From Longimicrobiales bacterium (GTDB taxonomy: Bacteria > Gemmatimonadota > Gemmatimonadetes > Longimicrobiales > Gaopeijiaceae): a DNA stretch of 64,000 bases. Where the stretch lies: NCBI GenBank assembly GCA_965204735.1, contig OZ242008.1, forward strand, positions 3,392,001 to 3,456,000, written 5' to 3'. A program made the position numbers and the translations under genes. Every line of letters begins with the position of its first letter. The stretch's first letter is position 1. The notes beneath the pieces are model-generated. The model searched no databases. It was given only the letters and a program-made list of their open reading frames with translations, and had not been told where the DNA came from. This document shows positions 46,553 to 55,645 of the stretch, piece by piece.

Positions 46553-47364
46553 GCCGCCGTCCCTTCCTGCCGTCCCAGGTAGGCCGCCACCACCGCCGGG
46601 TCGTTCCGCACCTGCTCCGGGCGGCCCTCGGCGATCTTCTTGCCGAAGTCCATGACCGCCACCCGGTCCGCGATGTCCATGATCACGTCGACGGCGTGGT
46701 CCACCACCACCACGGTGACGCCCCACTCCTGGTTCACGTCGAGCACGAAGCGGGCCATCGACTCCTTCTCCTCGGCGTTCATCCCGGCCATCGGCTCGTC
46801 GAGGAGCAGCAGCGTCGGTTCCATGGCGAGGGCGCGCCCCAGCTCCACCAGCTTCTGGTTCCCGTAGGCCAGGGCGCCGACCTCCGATTCGCGGAGCGGC
46901 TCCAGCCGGAGGAAGTCCACGACGCGCTCCACGTGCTTGCGGTGCTCGATCTCGACCCGTCGCTGCCGGCCCCAGTAGAGGCCGCCGGAGAGCACGCCGC
47001 CGCTCATGTGCACGTGGCGGCCCAGCATCAGGTTCTCCAGCACGGTCATGTGCTTGAAGAGCTCGATGTTCTGGAAGGTGCGGGCGATTCCCAGGGCTGC
47101 GATCCGATGGGGCCGCAGGGTGTGCAGGCAGTGGCGGGCGCCGCGCCGGTCCATGGCCGAGATCGACCCTGCGGCGGGCCGGCAGAGCCCCGAGACGCAG
47201 TTGAGCACGCTGGTCTTCCCCGCGCCGTTCGGGCCGATCAGGGCGAAGAGCTCGCCGCGCCGCACCTCCAGGCTGATCCCGGCCAGCGCGGTCACGCCGC
47301 CGAAGCGCAGGACGAGCTCCCGAAGCTGGAGCGCGGGGGAAGGGCGTGCGCGTGCGCTGCTCAT
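46549..47364 (-). CDS. Liv-type ABC transporter ATP-binding protein (LivG-like)
   Basis: GPNGAGKT, ARTFQNI, LLDEPMAGM. Confidence 0.92.
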   Translation of the reverse strand: MSSARARPSPALQLRELVLRFGGVTALAGISLEVRRGELFALIGPNGAGKTSVLNCVSGLCRPAAGSISAMDRRGARHCLHTLRPHRIAALGIARTFQNIELFKHMTVLENLMLGRHVHMSGGVLSGGLYWGRQRRVEIEHRKHVERVVDFLRLEPLRESEVGALAYGNQKLVELGRALAMEPTLLLLDEPMAGMNAEEKESMARFVLDVNQEWGVTVVVVDHAVDVIMDIADRVAVMDFGKKIAEGRPEQVRNDPAVVAAYLGRQEGTAA

Positions 47365-47608
47365 GGCTCCGAAGGTAGCGACGCGTCCACGGCGCCGGCC
47401 CCTGCGTCGGCGTGGGCGGGGTCGCGGCCTTCGGCAGCCCGGCAGGAGGCCCGTTCATGGTGGCGTAGCCGATCAGAGGAGATGCAGGTAGGATGCTCGA
47501 CGACCGACTGGCGTGGCGTGCCGAACCCTGGCTTGCATTCGTTCAAGGTGATTGCCCACCGCCCGAAGCAGGAACCGTCATGACGAGATTCGAGACCCGC
47601 GCGCAGGG
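47362..47608. pseudogene. Condensed relic of the AraC/ECF-sigma locus at 48574-50283
   Basis: Five colinear patches match 48574-48654, 49143-49173, 49904-49930, 50050-50072 and 50226-50283. Confidence 0.8.
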
Positions 47609-47700
47609 GAAGTCCAGGCCGGGCACCGGACCCTCGACCGACATCCAGGCCGAGACCCGCGCGCAGGGAAAGTCCAGCGGCGCTGCGGCACATTCGGCCC

Positions 47701-48519
47701 TTGTCTAGCTTGGCACGCGCGACCTTGCGCAACGTTGCACTGGCCGGGTTGTGGTGCGTCGCAGCGTGCTCCGACGACGCGCAGGAACCGGTCCAGTGGC
47801 ACGACGTCTTCCATGTGGTCAATTCCGTCACTCTCGCCAGCGACGTTCTGGGGCAGCTCCTCGGGGAGAGGGACGCCGGCGCTGATCTCGGTGCTGGGTG
47901 GAGAGCCCCGTTTCCAGCGTCGGCGAAGATGCTGCGGGGCCCCCGGCAAGGGGAGCGCGCCGCCCAGTTGCTTGTCGGTCTTCCGCGGGAGGTGGGCGAT
48001 GTGCCGTATTGGCCCAGCTGGCACAGATCCGTCGGCGCAATTGGTGGCGCGACCGTCTTCGGCGCCAGCAACTTCGTCTACACGATTCGGCAGTACACAT
48101 GGGAAGGAACCGTGCTGGACAGCATCGCGGAGGCGCCGTCCTCGTGGAGGCCGGCTCGGTTGCTCCAAAGGGGAGCCTTCTCCGACCAGAACCACGACGA
48201 GATGCGCGAATACCTGAAGGGAGCCACCTTCGTCGTCGGAATGGCGGCGGTGTCGGACGCCGTGGTCGTCGTTGCGCATGGCCGGTACGTGGACAGCCCG
48301 ACCGACGCCGGGGGGACGGACGAACCTTCGCTTCTCTTCGCTCGCGCTCCGCTCGGCCTGACGGCCGCAACCCAGTACGTCAACGTCTACGATCGCGGCG
48401 CGAGGGTGGTGGCGGACGCCGTCGGCCTCGGAGAGATCGTCGGGTACGGACCTGGCGTGGTCGTGTTCGCCAAGCGAAGGGGTGACGCATACGTGCTGAC
48501 CCAGTATGCGGTCAGCTGA
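47701..48519 (+). CDS. Lipoprotein, shorter diverged paralogue of 50254-51390; natural ATG at 47580 is out of frame
   Basis: CVAAC lipobox; VPYWPSW versus LPYWSGW; shared MTRFETRAQG start at 47580 and 50254. Confidence 0.6.
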   Translation: MSSLARATLRNVALAGLWCVAACSDDAQEPVQWHDVFHVVNSVTLASDVLGQLLGERDAGADLGAGWRAPFPASAKMLRGPRQGERAAQLLVGLPREVGDVPYWPSWHRSVGAIGGATVFGASNFVYTIRQYTWEGTVLDSIAEAPSSWRPARLLQRGAFSDQNHDEMREYLKGATFVVGMAAVSDAVVVVAHGRYVDSPTDAGGTDEPSLLFARAPLGLTAATQYVNVYDRGARVVADAVGLGEIVGYGPGVVVFAKRRGDAYVLTQYAVS

Positions 48520-48576
48520 CACCTGTTCCAGGTTGCCCTCGGCGATCTTCCTGCCGGAGCCCATGGACCTGCACAT
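48520..48576 (-). pseudogene. Relic of a second livG copy
   Basis: 48520-48565 matches 46609-46654 (MGSGRKIAEGNLEQV versus MDFGKKIAEGRPEQV). Confidence 0.75.
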
Positions 48577-48612
48577 GGCTCCGAAGGCAGCGGGACTCCG
48601 GGGCGTCGGCCC

Positions 48613-49410
48613 CTACGTCGACGTGGGCGCGGTCGCGGCTTGCAGCAGCCGGGCGGCCACCTCGTCCACGCCGCCCGACCGTCCGAAGGCCGACGGCGGA
48701 CGGCCGAACTCGCGCCGAACGGCCCGCTTGTAGTTGGCGTAGTCGGAGTACGCCAGCGCCAAGGCCACCGCCCCGCGAGGCCGCCCGCTCCACCGGGCCA
48801 GCCGCTCCACGTGGAAGAGCTTCGCCAGCGCCACGAGCTTTCGCGGGGAAGCCAGTCCCCAGGCGGAACAGCGGCGTCTCAACGTGCGCCGGCAACTTCC
48901 GGCGTGCTGCGCCAGCTGGTGGACGCGGCAGGGATCGACCGTGCGCCGAATCAGGCGCTCCACGAGCGGATGGGCTTCCCGCGGGACCACGGCCCGGAGG
49001 CGTTCCGTCAAGCGCCGGACGGAGTCGTAGTCGGCGGCCAGCAGCACGGTCGAGGCGATGCGCAGGAGCCCGTCGTCGCTTCCGGGAGCAAGCAGCGCGA
49101 CCAGAGGGACGCGGACGGCGCCCAGCCCGGCGCGGCGGCGCTCGTCCATGGCGGCGTAGCCGATCAGAGGAGAGGCGGGATGTTCGCGCTGGAAGGAGAG
49201 CATCCCGGACGGCGACGGTCCCTCGGCGCCGTGATGCGGATCCACGAACGCCGGCGATCCGGGGAACTCTCGGGTCAGGCGTCCCAGTTCCCGCCATCCG
49301 GACGCGAACCGCGCGCCGTCGACCAGGCCATGCGCGGCCCCGGAGCGCACGCCGGCCCGGACGCGGGCTCGAAGCCCGGAGTTGCGCTGGAGGACGAGAA
49401 CGGGAGGCAT
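48613..49410 (-). CDS. AraC-family transcriptional regulator
   Basis: VHQLAQHAGSCRRTLRRR; VALALAYSDYANYKRAVRREFGRPPS. Confidence 0.8.
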   Translation of the reverse strand: MPPVLVLQRNSGLRARVRAGVRSGAAHGLVDGARFASGWRELGRLTREFPGSPAFVDPHHGAEGPSPSGMLSFQREHPASPLIGYAAMDERRRAGLGAVRVPLVALLAPGSDDGLLRIASTVLLAADYDSVRRLTERLRAVVPREAHPLVERLIRRTVDPCRVHQLAQHAGSCRRTLRRRCSAWGLASPRKLVALAKLFHVERLARWSGRPRGAVALALAYSDYANYKRAVRREFGRPPSAFGRSGGVDEVAARLLQAATAPTST

Positions 49411-49418
49411 ACCGGCCT

Positions 49419-50040
49419 CTAGGCCCCGGCCTCGGCCAAGAGCATCAGCTCCGCCACGTCTTCCATGCGCCGCAGCTGCTTCAGGCCCCTCTGCACGCGA
49501 GCGCGCACGACCCGTTCGGTCACGCCCAGCTCGCGCGCCGCGTCGGCCGTCGAACGCTCCTCGAGGAAGCGGGCCACGATGGCCTCCCGCTCCGGCTTCC
49601 CCAGTCGGTCCACTGCTGCGCCCGAGTGCCATGGCCCGCTGGTTGCGAGTGCGCTCGTCCGCCTCGTCCGCACCCTCCTGCGACGGCGGCGCCGGCGTGC
49701 GGGCTTCGTCCAGGGGCGTCGTCTGGTCGCGCTTGGCCAAGCGATGCTCCGCCCGGCACACGTTCAGGGTCACGACGGCGGCCCACGCGGCGAACGGGCC
49801 GGAACCGGAGTAGCTGGTGCGCTTCTCGTAGAGGCGAAGCAGGGCCGCTGCCGCCAGCTCCTCCGCTTGCCACGGGTCGCCAGCCCAGAGGCCGACGAGT
49901 CGTTCGACGACAGGCGAGACGTGCCGAACCAAGTCCCGCCACTGGGTTGCTTCGCCGGCATGGACGAGTTCCAGGTCGATCTCGAGTTCCGGGGGGTCGG
50001 AATCCGGTTTCCGGGGCTTGTCGGGCGGGCGGGCGTCCAT
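49419..50040 (-). pseudogene. ECF sigma factor with a +1 frameshift near 49622
   Basis: Region 2 (AEEL...FAAWAAVVTLN) and region 4 (VDRLGKPEREAI...ARELGV...RARVQRG) lie in different frames; AGGAGG RBS. Confidence 0.8.
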
Positions 50041-50253
50041 CGCGGACCTCCTGGCTTGCGTGCGTTCAAGGTTCATGGTTCCCTGTACCCAGCAGGTCCC
50101 GGAAGGTTCCGCGCGGTCCCGAGCGCCGAAGCGCCTGTCCGATTCGGACATACCAAGCGAGCGACGACCGGCGTCTCCCAGGCAGTCGCAACGGGTGGGC
50201 GCCGAAGGGAAGGCCCCGGAAAGCCGCCCACCACCGGCGAGGAGAAGCCCGTC

Positions 50254-51390
50254 ATGACGAGATTCGAGACCCGCGCACAGGGAAGTTCATCGGTGCCGTC
50301 ACGCCGGAACCATCGGGCCGCCACTCTCCTGCTCCTGGCCGCATGCGCCGCCTGCGCGTCGGACCCGGAGGTCGTGGAGCCGTCGGCGGCCGCTTTGACG
50401 CAGGCGGGAACGATTCCCTTGGAGGGCGACGGCAAGCCGCCGCTGCTCGTGCTGGAGGACCTGGCGGTGGACGCCGACGGGAACCTCTTGGTGCTGGACG
50501 GCACCACGGCGCGGATTCACAAGTACGACCCGTCGGGCGAGTACTTGGCGGCCGTATCCGGGCCGGACGGCGCCCCCGTCGCCTTCAAGCAACCGTCGGG
50601 CGGGCGGCCAAGAAGCGTCGTGGTCGGGAGCGACGACTGCCTCTACGTGACCGGCGCCCCTCCAGGGTCGGTGGCGTTCGATCCCGACAGTCCGTCGGGC
50701 GCCGTCGCGCGGATCTCTCCCGACCTCGCCGTGGACACGTTCTTCGCAGTCCAGGGCGTCTACTTTCTCATTGAGCTCCATGCATGGGACCAGAAGCTCG
50801 CAGCGGTGCTCATGCGTCCCGCAGGTCCAGGCAACGAAATCGCAGTGTTCGGATACGACGGGACGCTTCAATCGTCGTTCCACCCTCGCGATCCAAGAAT
50901 GGACAGCCTGCCGTACTGGTCCGGCTGGTTCACTACCCATGCGGGGCCGGCGGGACCAGAACTGGTCGCCGTCAACTCTCTCTATCCGGCGCACCGGTAC
51001 GGTTCAGGGGGAGAGCACAGGGGAACGCTCGGCGGCCCTTCGTCCTCGTTCAGGCTTCCGAGTCAGCCGGAGCGATGGGCGTTCGGCGGACCCGACGGGC
51101 GCGACAACTACGACGCATGGTTGAAGTCCTTCACGACCATCGCCGGAATCCATGCATTGTCGGATTCCTTGGTCGTCGTCGTGCTCGAGGACCTAAACCC
51201 CGAAGAGAGCGCGTTCGCCGAATCCAGCTACCGAGCCGACGTCTTCGACCTGGAGTCCGGCCAAGTTCTGGGACGCGACCTTCCTCTGCCGGGCAGGGTG
51301 GTGGAGGCGGACGAGGTGCTGTACGTCGCCGTGCGGGACCCGGAGCGGGGGTGGCGAGTCGAACTCTTCGATCTGGAGCTGAATCAATGA
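50254..51390 (+). CDS. Beta-propeller (NHL-like) lipoprotein
   Basis: LLLLAAC; LAVDADGNLLVLD...RIHKYDPSGEYL. Confidence 0.75.
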   Translation: MTRFETRAQGSSSVPSRRNHRAATLLLLAACAACASDPEVVEPSAAALTQAGTIPLEGDGKPPLLVLEDLAVDADGNLLVLDGTTARIHKYDPSGEYLAAVSGPDGAPVAFKQPSGGRPRSVVVGSDDCLYVTGAPPGSVAFDPDSPSGAVARISPDLAVDTFFAVQGVYFLIELHAWDQKLAAVLMRPAGPGNEIAVFGYDGTLQSSFHPRDPRMDSLPYWSGWFTTHAGPAGPELVAVNSLYPAHRYGSGGEHRGTLGGPSSSFRLPSQPERWAFGGPDGRDNYDAWLKSFTTIAGIHALSDSLVVVVLEDLNPEESAFAESSYRADVFDLESGQVLGRDLPLPGRVVEADEVLYVAVRDPERGWRVELFDLELNQ

Positions 51391-52565
51391 AGCCGACATC
51401 CAGTTCCTGGCGCGTCGTCGGGCGCGACGGCGCGGTGTTCGTCGCTCTTGCGGCGCTGGGCGCAGCCTGCGCCGACAGGGAATCGACGCCCACGCCCAGC
51501 CACCCCGTCGTCTCCTGGGACGCCAACGACCTCGAGCAATGGAGCTTGGCCCAAGAAGCCGACTTCGTGCTGGACGAAGACGAACTCGGCTTCCTGGCCG
51601 GGATGCCGGCTGGCCTTTTCGGCGTCTCCGGGTTGGTAGTGGTCGCCGACCGGGGCAACAGCCGTATACTCGTCCTCGACTCCCTTGGACGCCTGCAGCG
51701 AACAGTCGGACGCAGGGGGGACGGACCCCTGGAGTTCGTGGAACTCGCCTCCTTGAACGCATGGCCGGGCGATTCCGTGTTCGCCTTTGACATGCGCACT
51801 CGCTACTCCGTCTTCTCGCCGGAAACGGGAGAAGGACGCACAGTCAAGTTCGAAGGGATGATGGTCGGGCCGGTTGGTGCTTGGCCGGGCCCGAATACGG
51901 ACGAGCTCTGGCTACTCGAAGGGTCGCACATCTATCCCGGTCAGTACGAAGCCGGGCGCCAGAGAGTGCCATACAGCGTCGTGCGATGGCGTTCGCCCGA
52001 CTCGCTCGCTCCAGTCGGGTCGATTGCCGGGCAGGACCACTACTTTGGGCCCGGTGGACGCGGCATTGGCTTCCCTCCTGTGCGCTTCAACACCACTGTC
52101 GCGGCCGGAAACGGAGTCCTCTTCGTCTCGGAGGGAGACGCCAGGCTGACGGTCCTGGACGGGATGGGCGCGGTACGGCTCGAAGTCAGGGTCGCCGGCA
52201 CGGGCGTGGAGCTCGGTGGAGAGGTGCGGAGCCGAGTTACGGATTCGCTCTACGCGCTGGTGGCCCGCAGCCCCGTTCGCATGGCCAGGCGGCTCGAATC
52301 CGCCCCGCTGCCCGAGCGCACGGACGGCTTCGACGCGACCGTGCTCGCGCGGGACGGCACTCTCTGGATGGGCGGTCGCAGCATACCGGGCATTGAACGC
52401 CGTCTCTGGATAAACCTCGAACAGGACGGTGCGCCGGTACGTCGGTTGCTGCTGCCTCGTTCAGTGGTCGTGCTGGACGCCGACGAAGACCGCCTGCTCT
52501 TGACAACGCACGACGACCTGGGCGTATACCACGTGGAAGTGCGACAGATCGTTTCGCGGACCTAA
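51387..52565 (+). CDS. 6-bladed beta-propeller lipoprotein
   Basis: LGAAC; VADRGNSRILVLD; GRRGDGPLEF; ATGA overlap. Confidence 0.8.
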   Translation: MKPTSSSWRVVGRDGAVFVALAALGAACADRESTPTPSHPVVSWDANDLEQWSLAQEADFVLDEDELGFLAGMPAGLFGVSGLVVVADRGNSRILVLDSLGRLQRTVGRRGDGPLEFVELASLNAWPGDSVFAFDMRTRYSVFSPETGEGRTVKFEGMMVGPVGAWPGPNTDELWLLEGSHIYPGQYEAGRQRVPYSVVRWRSPDSLAPVGSIAGQDHYFGPGGRGIGFPPVRFNTTVAAGNGVLFVSEGDARLTVLDGMGAVRLEVRVAGTGVELGGEVRSRVTDSLYALVARSPVRMARRLESAPLPERTDGFDATVLARDGTLWMGGRSIPGIERRLWINLEQDGAPVRRLLLPRSVVVLDADEDRLLLTTHDDLGVYHVEVRQIVSRT

Positions 52566-52581
52566 TAAACCACGTTCAATC

Positions 52582-53757
52582 ATGACCGACACGATTCGCA
52601 TCCTGTTCCTGGCTGGAGCAGTGGGACGCACGGTCGTCCTGTTCCTCGCGGTGCTGGTCGCTGGCTGCGCCGAGCGTGAACCGACGCCCACTTCCAGCCA
52701 CCCGGTCGTCGCTTGGCATGCGGACGACTTGGAGCAGTGGCACATGGTCGAGGACTCCGACTTTCTGCTGGACGAAGACGAAATCGGCTTCCTGGCCAAC
52801 CAGCCCCTCGGCCTCTTCGCTGCATCCGGGCTGGTCGTGGTCGCGGACCGGGGCAACCATCGGATTATCGTCCTAGATTCCCTTGGACGCCTGCAACGAA
52901 CAATCGGACGCAAAGGGGAGGGCCCCCTGGAGTTCATGGGGCTCGCCTCGATCGACGAATGGCCCGGCGATTCCGTGTTCGCCTTCGACATGCGCACCCG
53001 GTACTCCGTCTTCTCGCCGGAAACGGGAGAGGGGCGCACGGTCAAGTTCGAAGGGATGATGGGGCCGATTGGCGCTTGGCCGGGCCCGGAGGCGGACGAA
53101 CTCTGGCTGCTTGAGGGAGCGCACCTGTATCCTGCTGGGCAGTACCGGGCTGGGCGGCAGAGGGTGCCGTACAGCGTCGTGCGATGGCGTCCGCCCGACT
53201 CGATCTTCCCGATCGCGTCGATCGCCGGGCCGGACTACACTTTTGGAGCGGGTGGGCGGGGCCGCAGCCGCCCGCCTGTGCGCTTCCGGACCTCGATCGC
53301 CGCCGGGAACGGACTTCTGTTCGTCTCGGAGGGAGACCCGAGGCTGACCATCCGGGACGGGATGGGTGCGGTACGGCTCGAAGTCGAGGTCGCCGGCACG
53401 GGCGTGGAGCTTGCCGGAGAGGTGCGTAGCCAAGTCACGGACTCGCTGTACGCGCTCGTGGCGATTACCCGCGTACGCATGGCCAAGCGGCTCGAGAAGG
53501 CTCCTCTGCCCGAGCGAACAGATGGCTTCGACGCGACGGTGCTCGGGCGCGACGGGACCCTCTGGCTCGGCGGTCGCAACATACCGGGCATCAAAGATCG
53601 CCTCTGGGTCAACCTCGAACAGGACGGCACGCCGGTGCGTCGGTTGCGGCTCCCCCGTTCGGCAACGCTCATGGACGCGGACGGAGACCGCCTGCTCGTC
53701 AGGCGCTGGGACGGCTTGGGCGTGTACGATGTGGAGGTGCGCCGGATCGTCCCGTAG
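52582..53757 (+). CDS. 6-bladed beta-propeller lipoprotein, tandem paralogue of 51387-52565
   Basis: LVAGC; long identical stretches such as WPGDSVFAFDMRTRYSVFSPETGEGRTVKFEGMM. Confidence 0.8.
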   Translation: MTDTIRILFLAGAVGRTVVLFLAVLVAGCAEREPTPTSSHPVVAWHADDLEQWHMVEDSDFLLDEDEIGFLANQPLGLFAASGLVVVADRGNHRIIVLDSLGRLQRTIGRKGEGPLEFMGLASIDEWPGDSVFAFDMRTRYSVFSPETGEGRTVKFEGMMGPIGAWPGPEADELWLLEGAHLYPAGQYRAGRQRVPYSVVRWRPPDSIFPIASIAGPDYTFGAGGRGRSRPPVRFRTSIAAGNGLLFVSEGDPRLTIRDGMGAVRLEVEVAGTGVELAGEVRSQVTDSLYALVAITRVRMAKRLEKAPLPERTDGFDATVLGRDGTLWLGGRNIPGIKDRLWVNLEQDGTPVRRLRLPRSATLMDADGDRLLVRRWDGLGVYDVEVRRIVP

Positions 53758-53776
53758 GCAGGTGGGTCCGGGTGGT

Positions 53777-55645
53777 TTACCAGGCCGGCGCCGGGAAGAA
53801 GGCCGCGTCCTCGATCCCGATCACAGGCACGACCAAGGCCCGGTCCAGGTAGTCGTTGCGCATCTCGCACGAGGTCTCGGCGACCAGCGCGCAGGCGTGG
53901 CAAGCGGCGCCAAGGAGCAGATGGCCCTCCAGCGCAGTCTCGGGCGCATGCTGGGCGCAGATGGGGTCGTTGGAGCAGAGGGCGGCCGCGCGGCAGGCTT
54001 GGTCCAGGTGGTCCTCGATGCGGCGGGCTTGCTGGACTAGGCCGCCCAAGGTTCCGTCGGCGTCGGGGCTGCCAGTGTAGAGGAGTATGCCGTAGCGGTC
54101 GTTTTCGGTGTACAGGCGCTCGCGGATCGACGTGACGGGGTAGCCGCATCGCATCGCCAGCGACTGGACAAGTAGGTGCGACAGGGTATGGAGCAGGATG
54201 TACGGGCCGCCAGGGAAGGGGCGCGTGGTCTTGCGGTCCTTGCACCAAGCGTCGTGGCCTTCCTCAAGGGCGGCCAAGCGAGCCTGCACAGCGTCGCGCT
54301 CGAGCCACTCATGAACGGTGCTCGTGTCCAGCTGTACGAACACGCCCTCTCCCCGGTTCTCCACCGCTGGGAACCACTCCGGGACCAGCGCCAAGGCGGC
54401 GGGCTCAATGTCGGAGTCAGAGTCGTACTCTCCGTGGATGTCGGGCGAGATCGCCTCCAGGCGCGTGAAGCCTGCCAGGGCCATCACTTCGCGGAGGCGG
54501 TGAAGCTGAACGACGCACGCGATGCGCGGTCGAGAGGACTTGCCCGGTTGTCCCGCGTGTCGCCACGCAGAGCCCGGAAGGCGCCGGGCGTGGAACTGGG
54601 GGTCGAAGGGCGCGTCGTCGCCGTAGCCCTCGGGGGCGTTCAAGATAGCTTCGAGTTCGACAAGCTTCACTGGTTGGTCGCCGGCGCGTCCATCCTTCTT
54701 CTCCGCGATCGTCTTGAGCACCAGGTCGTCGTCGAAGTGGGCCAGCGCTTCCGCCACCTCGGGCTTGCGCTTCATGAACGCCAGGCCGCCGGCGTCGTCC
54801 ACGATTGTCAAGTCGTTCCAGAGAGAGTCGACGGCACTCCGAATCTCGGAGCCGGGGTCGGGGAGCGACAGGACAGTCACGATCTGCGGGAAGTAGGCGT
54901 TGGACGCAGTGCGGACCAGGAGACGGGTCGGGTGGCTGCACGGCTCGTTGGCGTTCCTTCCCAGCCAAGGACGGGCGCCCGTACATCGTCCGAGAGCCCT
55001 CCGCGATATGTCGATCGCTTCGTAGAGGTGCCGCCGCTTCCCGCACTCGCATCGAACAACGAGTTCACCCAAGTCGCCCGCGGTGCCGGTCTGATCCAGC
55101 CACAGGGGGCGGTTGCAGTTCGGGCCGGCCGACCCGTCGTGCTGGTTCTCATCCGCCGAGTGCACGAAGGCTCGCCAGTCGAGGTCGTCCAAGTGACCAC
55201 GGGCGCAAGCGCGAACGTGAACCGTTGGCACCACGGGACGGCCATCGTACCAACCCCTTTCATCCAGCGCCCTGCGGTGCACCAAGCGGCGAGAACCGCT
55301 ACGTCGTCGACGCTCGGCCGAGCCGGACTCGCCTCCTTTCTTCGGTTTCTCTTGTACCAGGAACCATTCGGGAAAACGCCACGCGCCAACTCCCAGCTGT
55401 GGTTCCCAAGGCTTGCGCGAGTCCGCGGCAGGCGGTGCATAGAGCCGGGGAAAGGGCAAGCCCGTCATCGCCTCCAGCTTGCGCGACAATCGGGGCTCCA
55501 CAACTTCCTCGAGCTGGCCTGGGCCCGGCCACGTCTCGAGTCCGCCCATCACCGCCGCGTGGCGCGGCATGTCGATGAGAGCGCCGGGTCCCCAGGTGGT
55601 GATCGCCTGGCCTCTCCGAATCTGGCCGTGAGCTCTGGTGCTCAT
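53777..55645 (-). CDS. drmB: DISARM DUF1998 protein
   Basis: IRRGQAITTWGPGA, LHTLSHLL, DGTLGGL, CSNDPIC...AACHAC...ETSCE. Confidence 0.9.
   Translation of the reverse strand: MSTRAHGQIRRGQAITTWGPGALIDMPRHAAVMGGLETWPGPGQLEEVVEPRLSRKLEAMTGLPFPRLYAPPAADSRKPWEPQLGVGAWRFPEWFLVQEKPKKGGESGSAERRRRSGSRRLVHRRALDERGWYDGRPVVPTVHVRACARGHLDDLDWRAFVHSADENQHDGSAGPNCNRPLWLDQTGTAGDLGELVVRCECGKRRHLYEAIDISRRALGRCTGARPWLGRNANEPCSHPTRLLVRTASNAYFPQIVTVLSLPDPGSEIRSAVDSLWNDLTIVDDAGGLAFMKRKPEVAEALAHFDDDLVLKTIAEKKDGRAGDQPVKLVELEAILNAPEGYGDDAPFDPQFHARRLPGSAWRHAGQPGKSSRPRIACVVQLHRLREVMALAGFTRLEAISPDIHGEYDSDSDIEPAALALVPEWFPAVENRGEGVFVQLDTSTVHEWLERDAVQARLAALEEGHDAWCKDRKTTRPFPGGPYILLHTLSHLLVQSLAMRCGYPVTSIRERLYTENDRYGILLYTGSPDADGTLGGLVQQARRIEDHLDQACRAAALCSNDPICAQHAPETALEGHLLLGAACHACALVAETSCEMRNDYLDRALVVPVIGIEDAAFFPAPAW

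Noticed and set aside
39063..47364. Novel system in the ABC transporter and CoA ligase cluster
   Set aside because: Common Liv-type transporter plus acyl-CoA ligase arrangement
47591..47677. CRISPR-like repeat-spacer-repeat
   Set aside because: The middle segment ends in the same tccaggcc as the unit, so it looks like a degenerate ~30-bp tandem duplication
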